From assembly GCA_000092065.1 (NCBI GenBank), contig CP000600.1: 64,000 nt of DNA, one strand, 5' to 3'. The position numbers and the translations under genes are program-made. The DNA is from Ostreococcus lucimarinus (taxonomy: Eukaryota). Shown here one piece after another: positions 59,396 through 64,000 of this stretch (positions within the stretch are counted from its first letter, which is position 1; each line of letters opens with the position of its first letter). The notes beneath the pieces are model-generated. The model was not told the origin of the DNA. It saw only the letters and a program-made list of their open reading frames with translations, and ran no database searches.

Positions 59396-61384
59396 CTAAC
59401 GTCTCGGTCGAACTCGCCGCCCATCGTTCGCTTCATCGTCGACAGCTCCATCGTCGAGCGCGCGGCGGTCGACGGCGGCGCGATCCTCACCGCCGCCGCC
59501 GCCGGGTGTGCTGAGAAGTTCTTGCGTGGGGGGTATCGTCAAATCGGCTTGCGAGATCATCGCCGCCATCGCATCTTGCTCAGCGATGCCGCCGTCGTGT
59601 GGCATCGCGTCCAAAACCGCGGCAGATGTGGGCGGCGCGAGGCGCTGCACGCGAGAGGCGAGAAAATTGCTGAACGCGCTCATCGCCGGCAGCGTCGCAA
59701 GGTTCGCCGCCATGTCTGTCCCCGCATTCGCCAGATTCGGCAGTGTGAGAACGCCCTGTGTACCATCTACGTTTCGAGCCGCCGCCGCCGCCACCGCTGC
59801 CGCGGTCGCCCCGGGGGGGGCGTGCATGGAGACTCCGGCGCCGTCTTGCGCGGGCACGGGCGCGCTCGGGAACACTTCAGCCTTCGGACGCAGAGCGCGC
59901 ATTTCTGCGACAGAGCTTAATATTTCGCCAGCCAAGTGCGGACATGAAATGTTCATAGCTTCGTAGCCCTCCGTCGACATGACGTCGCTCAGGTTGGCGG
60001 CGATGAAGCTCATGCACGCGCGCTTGAGCGCGTCGGCGTGGTTCAACTCGGCGAGCATGAGAGTGTTCGCTACGGTGTCAACGTCCACGGATTCGCACAA
60101 ACGTGCCTCGCACATCGCGCGAAGTCTGCTCAAGTCAAATCTATCCGCGGCGACGAGCAAGTGTTGCGTCATTGGAACGTCCAAGTTGACTTCGTCCGAA
60201 GCCCGACCCGTCGCTCGCGGACCCACCAACGCGCCAGTCGCGTCGATTTCGCCGTCGGCATCCCCCCTGTGCGCGCCACCCAGCAGGGCGTGCGCGCCGT
60301 CATCACTGACGCCCGAGCCTTCGCGCGGGATTTCGTCTGCGTACACGAAGTGCAACAACAAACGAAACACGCTCGGCTTTATGTCGAGAAGCGTGCACAC
60401 GCCCTCGCGTCCTTCGCGCATGGCGGCTCCTGTGCGGAGCATGGCGGCGAACACGCTCGAGCGTGACGACAAGATGAGTTTATGCGCTCTAAACTTTTCG
60501 CCCTCGACGTCGAAGGTGCAGTCGAAATCAGAGTCCGGGTCGTGCAGTAATCGAACGAGGTGTTTTCCGATCGTCGGATACGAGGGCACGTTGACGCTCG
60601 CCGCCGGCAGCAACTTCATGTTCTTGTTCAGCGCCCCACCGCTGGTGACGACAAGCTCTATCTCGTATCGTATCACGACGACATCGTTCAGCAGATACCC
60701 CGTCCCCGATCCCTCCAAAACCGACCTGCGGACGAATTTACGATAGCCGTGACAGTTGCGCGCTTGCGGGTCTTGCCTCGCGCACGAAATTTTGACCGCC
60801 CCTTGCTCGCGCTGTCGCCCTTTCGTGATGTGTCGCCCGTTCCCACTTTGATCTACCAGGGTAAATCTGTGAAACGCCCGCACGACGCGTCCTTGTCCGC
60901 TTTGCACCACCCCCAACGGCCTCGGCCCTTCGCCGATGAGGGCGACGAAGAGCGCCGCGTACGGATCGTCTTGCGGCGCGCTCGGCGCGTTCCCATCGCT
61001 CATCGAGCGCTTACCGTCTGGATAAAACAACAGCACCCATTCGTGTCCGCCCACCATGAACCGATCGCTCGCGATCGGTTCACCGTCGCCCAATCCCTTC
61101 AACAAGCTGTACCCGCTTATCGTGTGTTCGTGGCGCCCGATGACCGTCGTCGTCGACGTTCGCGACGCCGCGGACACGCCCGCCGGCGTCGTCGTCGCCG
61201 GACACGCCGCACTCGCCCCGATCGCCGTCGTCGCCGTCGTCGCCATCGCGCGCGCGTTCCATCGTTCGTGTCGCTCCGGCGTCGAATCCGCCGGTCGTCG
61301 CGCCGCGTGCGTCGCGTCGCGCGCGTCGCCCGGCGCGCGCGCGCGCGCGCGGGGCGTCGTCGACGGCGTCGCGCGCGGATCCAT
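59396..61384 (-). CDS. MATH-BTB/POZ protein (SPOP/BPM-like Cullin-3 substrate adaptor)
   Basis: MATH domain (HTISGYSLLKGLGDGEPIASDRFMVGGHEWVLLFYPDG ... VIRYEIELVV), then BTB (DCTFDVEGEKFRAHKLILSSRSSVFAAMLRTGAAMRE...CTLLDIKPSVFRLLLHFVYADEIP) and a BACK-like helix region. Start set at MDPRATP (61382-61384); the upstream ORF part has a V10 run and is R/P-rich. Confidence 0.78.
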   Translation of the reverse strand: MDPRATPSTTPRARARAPGDARDATHAARRPADSTPERHERWNARAMATTATTAIGASAACPATTTPAGVSAASRTSTTTVIGRHEHTISGYSLLKGLGDGEPIASDRFMVGGHEWVLLFYPDGKRSMSDGNAPSAPQDDPYAALFVALIGEGPRPLGVVQSGQGRVVRAFHRFTLVDQSGNGRHITKGRQREQGAVKISCARQDPQARNCHGYRKFVRRSVLEGSGTGYLLNDVVVIRYEIELVVTSGGALNKNMKLLPAASVNVPSYPTIGKHLVRLLHDPDSDFDCTFDVEGEKFRAHKLILSSRSSVFAAMLRTGAAMREGREGVCTLLDIKPSVFRLLLHFVYADEIPREGSGVSDDGAHALLGGAHRGDADGEIDATGALVGPRATGRASDEVNLDVPMTQHLLVAADRFDLSRLRAMCEARLCESVDVDTVANTLMLAELNHADALKRACMSFIAANLSDVMSTEGYEAMNISCPHLAGEILSSVAEMRALRPKAEVFPSAPVPAQDGAGVSMHAPPGATAAAVAAAAARNVDGTQGVLTLPNLANAGTDMAANLATLPAMSAFSNFLASRVQRLAPPTSAAVLDAMPHDGGIAEQDAMAAMISQADLTIPPTQELLSTPGGGGGEDRAAVDRRALDDGAVDDEANDGRRVRPRR

Positions 61385-61472
61385 CGCGTCGGATCGCGAT
61401 CGGGTCGGGTCGGGTCGCGCGTCTCGAAGTCGCGCTCGCTCGGCGCGCGTCTCGATTCGCGTCTCGCGCGGG

Positions 61473-62960
61473 ATGGATGCGACGCGCGTCGCCGCACTCG
61501 TCGTCGACGGAGCCCGACACCGCGTCGCGTCGCGTTGCGTCGCGTCGCGTCGCGCGCGCGGGATGCGCGGGGCGTCCGCGACGCCGTTTCGCGCGACGCG
61601 CGCGCGCGTCGACGCGCGCCCGCGACGCGTCGGAGGAGGAGGACGACGAACGACGACGACGACGACGACGACGACGCGAGCGTTCCTGCGCGGTGTGTTC
61701 GGCGGTGGGAAACGAGGAAAGCGCGACGTCGTCGACGCGGATGAGGTGCGAAAGAACGAACGCGAGTGCGTGCTGCAAACGTACGGCCGAGGCGAGACTG
61801 AGGTGATGGTTCGGGGAAAGGGTTGCGCGCTGTTCGACGCGAGCGGGAAGGAGTTTTTAGATTTCACGAGCGGGATCGCGGTGAATTGCCTCGGACACGC
61901 GGATGAAGGCGTGGCGCGAGTGATCGCCGAACAAGCGCGCACGCTGACGCACACGTCGAACTTGTATCACACCGAACCGGGGGCGACGCTCGCGAGAAAG
62001 CTCACGGCGACGTCGTTCGCCGACAGAGTCTTCTTTTGCAACTCGGGAACGGAGGCGAACGAGGGGGCGTTGAAATTCGCGAGAAAGTACGCCAAAACGC
62101 GCGCGCAGGCGCTGGGGAAAAACGCCGGCGACGCGGCGTGGGAGACGGTGAGTTTTGAAAACGGTTTTCACGGCCGAACGTTCGGCGCGCTTTCGCTGAC
62201 GTGGAAGGAGGGCTACCGCGCGCCGTTCGCCCCGGGACTTCCGGGGAACACGTTCACGCCGTACGGTGACTTGGAAAAAGCGCGTCAAGTGATCGTCAAA
62301 GGTCGCACGTGCGCCGTGTTCGTCGAGCCGGTGCAAGGCGAAGGTGGCATTTACCCCGCCGACGCCGAGTTCTTGCGAGGCTTGCGAGCGATTTGCGACG
62401 AAGCCGACGCCTTGCTCGTGTACGACGAGGTGCAGTGCGGCTTGGGACGAACGGGTAAACTCTGGGGCCATCAACTTATTAAAGACGCCGAGCCGGATAT
62501 GATGTCGGTGGCGAAACCGCTGGCGAACGGCTTGCCCATCGGCGCCGTGCTGATGAAAGAAAAAGTCGCCGCCGTCATGGCCGCGGGCGACCACGGATCG
62601 ACGTTCGCGGGCGGGCCTTTGGTGTGCGCCGTGGCGAACGAGGTCTTCGACCGGGTGAGTGATCCCGCCTTCTTAGCCAACGTCACCGAACGCGGGAACG
62701 AGTTGAAGTCGTCGCTCACCGAAAAGCTCGCCGGTCACCCGCGTCTTCGCGAGGTTCGCGGCGCGGGCTTGCTCGTCGGCGTGCAATTCGACTGCCCCAC
62801 CGCCCCGCTCGTCGCGGCGTGTCGCGCGCGCGGTCTGTTGACCATCACCGCTGGTAAGGGTGACATCTTGCGTCTCGTCCCTCCGCTCATCGTCTCGAGC
62901 GCGCAGGTGCAAAAGGCCACCGACATCGTCAAGGAGTGCGCGTTCGAAGCCTTGCGGTGA
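61473..62960 (+). CDS. ARGD: acetylornithine aminotransferase (class-III PLP aminotransferase, ArgD-like) with a transit-peptide-like leader
   Basis: VLQTYGRGETEVMVRGKGCALFDASGKEFLDFTSGIAVNCLGH, LYHTEPGATLARKL, FFCNSGTEANEGALKFARKY, LLVYDEVQCGLGRTGKLWG, a Lys-containing SVAKPLANGLP block and TFAGGPL. Start at ATG 61473 (MDATRVAAL); the leader contains poly-Thr9. Confidence 0.9.
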   Translation: MDATRVAALVVDGARHRVASRCVASRRARGMRGASATPFRATRARVDARPRRVGGGGRRTTTTTTTTTRAFLRGVFGGGKRGKRDVVDADEVRKNERECVLQTYGRGETEVMVRGKGCALFDASGKEFLDFTSGIAVNCLGHADEGVARVIAEQARTLTHTSNLYHTEPGATLARKLTATSFADRVFFCNSGTEANEGALKFARKYAKTRAQALGKNAGDAAWETVSFENGFHGRTFGALSLTWKEGYRAPFAPGLPGNTFTPYGDLEKARQVIVKGRTCAVFVEPVQGEGGIYPADAEFLRGLRAICDEADALLVYDEVQCGLGRTGKLWGHQLIKDAEPDMMSVAKPLANGLPIGAVLMKEKVAAVMAAGDHGSTFAGGPLVCAVANEVFDRVSDPAFLANVTERGNELKSSLTEKLAGHPRLREVRGAGLLVGVQFDCPTAPLVAACRARGLLTITAGKGDILRLVPPLIVSSAQVQKATDIVKECAFEALR

Positions 62961-63386
62961 TTCGCCTGTTTTTGTTCCGCCCCCGAGATGCGAACGGACA
63001 CACCGCCCTCGGTCGGTCGCCCGGCGCGTGGGGTTCGGCATTTTCACTTTCGTGTTCGCGTCGATGCGACCACACGGCGTACGTTTCCTTCTTAATACGC
63101 ATAAATCACCCACTCGCGTCGGCGCCGTATTGAACGCGCGGACCGCGCGAACGCGTCGTCGCGCGCGTCGTCGTCCGTCGTCGCGCGCGCATTGGCGTTG
63201 ACGCCGCACACGCGCGCGAGGACGACGCGCCGCGCGCGCTCGCGGTCGTGACGACGGCGCATCGAGGACGCGCCGACGACGACGCGAAATATTTCGACGC
63301 ACCGCGTCGCGGCGTGAACATGGAGGTGCGCGACGCGCGACGCGTTCGACGGACGCCCTAGAGCGTTGGGATAACATCGGCGCGGC

Positions 63387-63959
63387 ATGAGACCTAGCGC
63401 GCGCGGCGACGGCGGACTGACGACGCGCGCGCGAGCGACGACGGCGCGCGAACGCTCTCAGGGAGCGAAGGCGCAATTACCCAAAGAGTTATCATGGATC
63501 CCCGATCTCGTGCACGGCGCGTTCTTCGCGCCGTGCGACGTGCACAGCACGGGGAGCAAAGGCGAGCAAGTCAATTTGTTCTCGTTATCGTCACGACGCT
63601 CGATGTGTCCGGCGTGCGCGGCGGAGCGCGACGTGTTCGACACGATACAGGTGCGACGCGCGACGCGAGCGATTTTTATTTCAAGCGTCGGGCCCGCGGC
63701 GCGGACGACGGCGCCGAGGCGCGGCGCGCGCGCGGACGACGCGACTCGGGGCTTTGAATCGAGCGAAATGCGGGAAAAGCTCGCGGCCTCAGCTGTCTTT
63801 CGCGCGGCGCTTTTAGGGTTTAGGGTTTGGGCGCGTTCGCGCGGAGGCGACGTACGACTGACGCGCGCGACGAATCGTCTCGCTCGAAACGCTAGATTCG
63901 AAGGAGTTCGTATCATAACGTCGTGCGCGTGCAAGACGTGTGTAAGCTCATGGACGTGA
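63387..63959 (+). CDS. hypothetical protein (weak call)
   Basis: 190-aa ORF; the segment [40 protein letters not shown] has non-repetitive composition with a CxxC pair, but flanking sequence is R/A-rich; could be artifact. Confidence 0.2.
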   Translation: MRPSARGDGGLTTRARATTARERSQGAKAQLPKELSWIPDLVHGAFFAPCDVHSTGSKGEQVNLFSLSSRRSMCPACAAERDVFDTIQVRRATRAIFISSVGPAARTTAPRRGARADDATRGFESSEMREKLAASAVFRAALLGFRVWARSRGGDVRLTRATNRLARNARFEGVRIITSCACKTCVSSWT

Positions 63960-64000
63960 CGGGTATACAGACGTACATCATCAACTCGGCGCGCGTCGTG

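Noticed and set aside
1-64000. Prokaryotic accessory island, defense system or operon interpretation
   Set aside because: Gene content is unambiguously eukaryotic (spliceosome, ARP2, ESCRT-III, SNAREs, ribosomal protein S18). No Shine-Dalgarno-style operons, rRNA/tRNA or mobile-element genes were recognised, and no transposase, integrase or reverse-transcriptase ORFs were seen.

Overview
This is a strongly GC-rich, extremely gene-dense window that I read as eukaryotic nuclear DNA. Evidence for a eukaryote: long single-exon ORFs encode hallmark eukaryotic proteins (ARP2, SF3A2, PRP6, RPS18, UBC2/RAD6, ESCRT-III CHMP3, SEC22, MMS19, TM9SF, NPC1-like) and I see no rRNA, tRNA, CRISPR or prokaryote-style operons. 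I call about 43 protein-coding genes in 64 kb, with intergenic spacers typically 20-400 bp, so they pack almost end to end on both strands. Several enzymes carry N-terminal transit-peptide-like extensions (shikimate kinase, isopropylmalate dehydrogenase, acetylornithine aminotransferase, RsmE, DUF1499, IDI). A PPR protein and a plant-type two-pore K+ channel are also present. A TGTAA pentamer sits 10-40 nt after many stop codons. Together these point to a compact green-algal genome of the prasinophyte/Mamiellophyceae type (Micromonas-like); that is inference and has not been confirmed by a search. Introns are rare, but at least one is clearly required (TM9SF) and one is likely (PRP6). Most long ORFs in the six-frame track that are Arg/Ala/Ser/Pro-rich and lie antisense to real genes are GC-composition artifacts, and I did not call them. 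All CDS coordinates include the stop codon, following the ORF-track convention. Starts were moved to the first plausible ATG where the track used an alternative start or ran into a neighbouring gene. My line-by-line position counting may be off by +/-1 nt in places. The most interesting observations are: (a) a 27-nt sequence identical in two different intergenic regions; (b) an uncharacterised eight-repeat, propeller-like protein; (c) a head-to-head pair of a GT77-like sugar transferase and a proline-rich repeat membrane protein, the latter containing a perfect 197-bp tandem duplication; (d) the 5' intron the ORF track missed in TM9SF.
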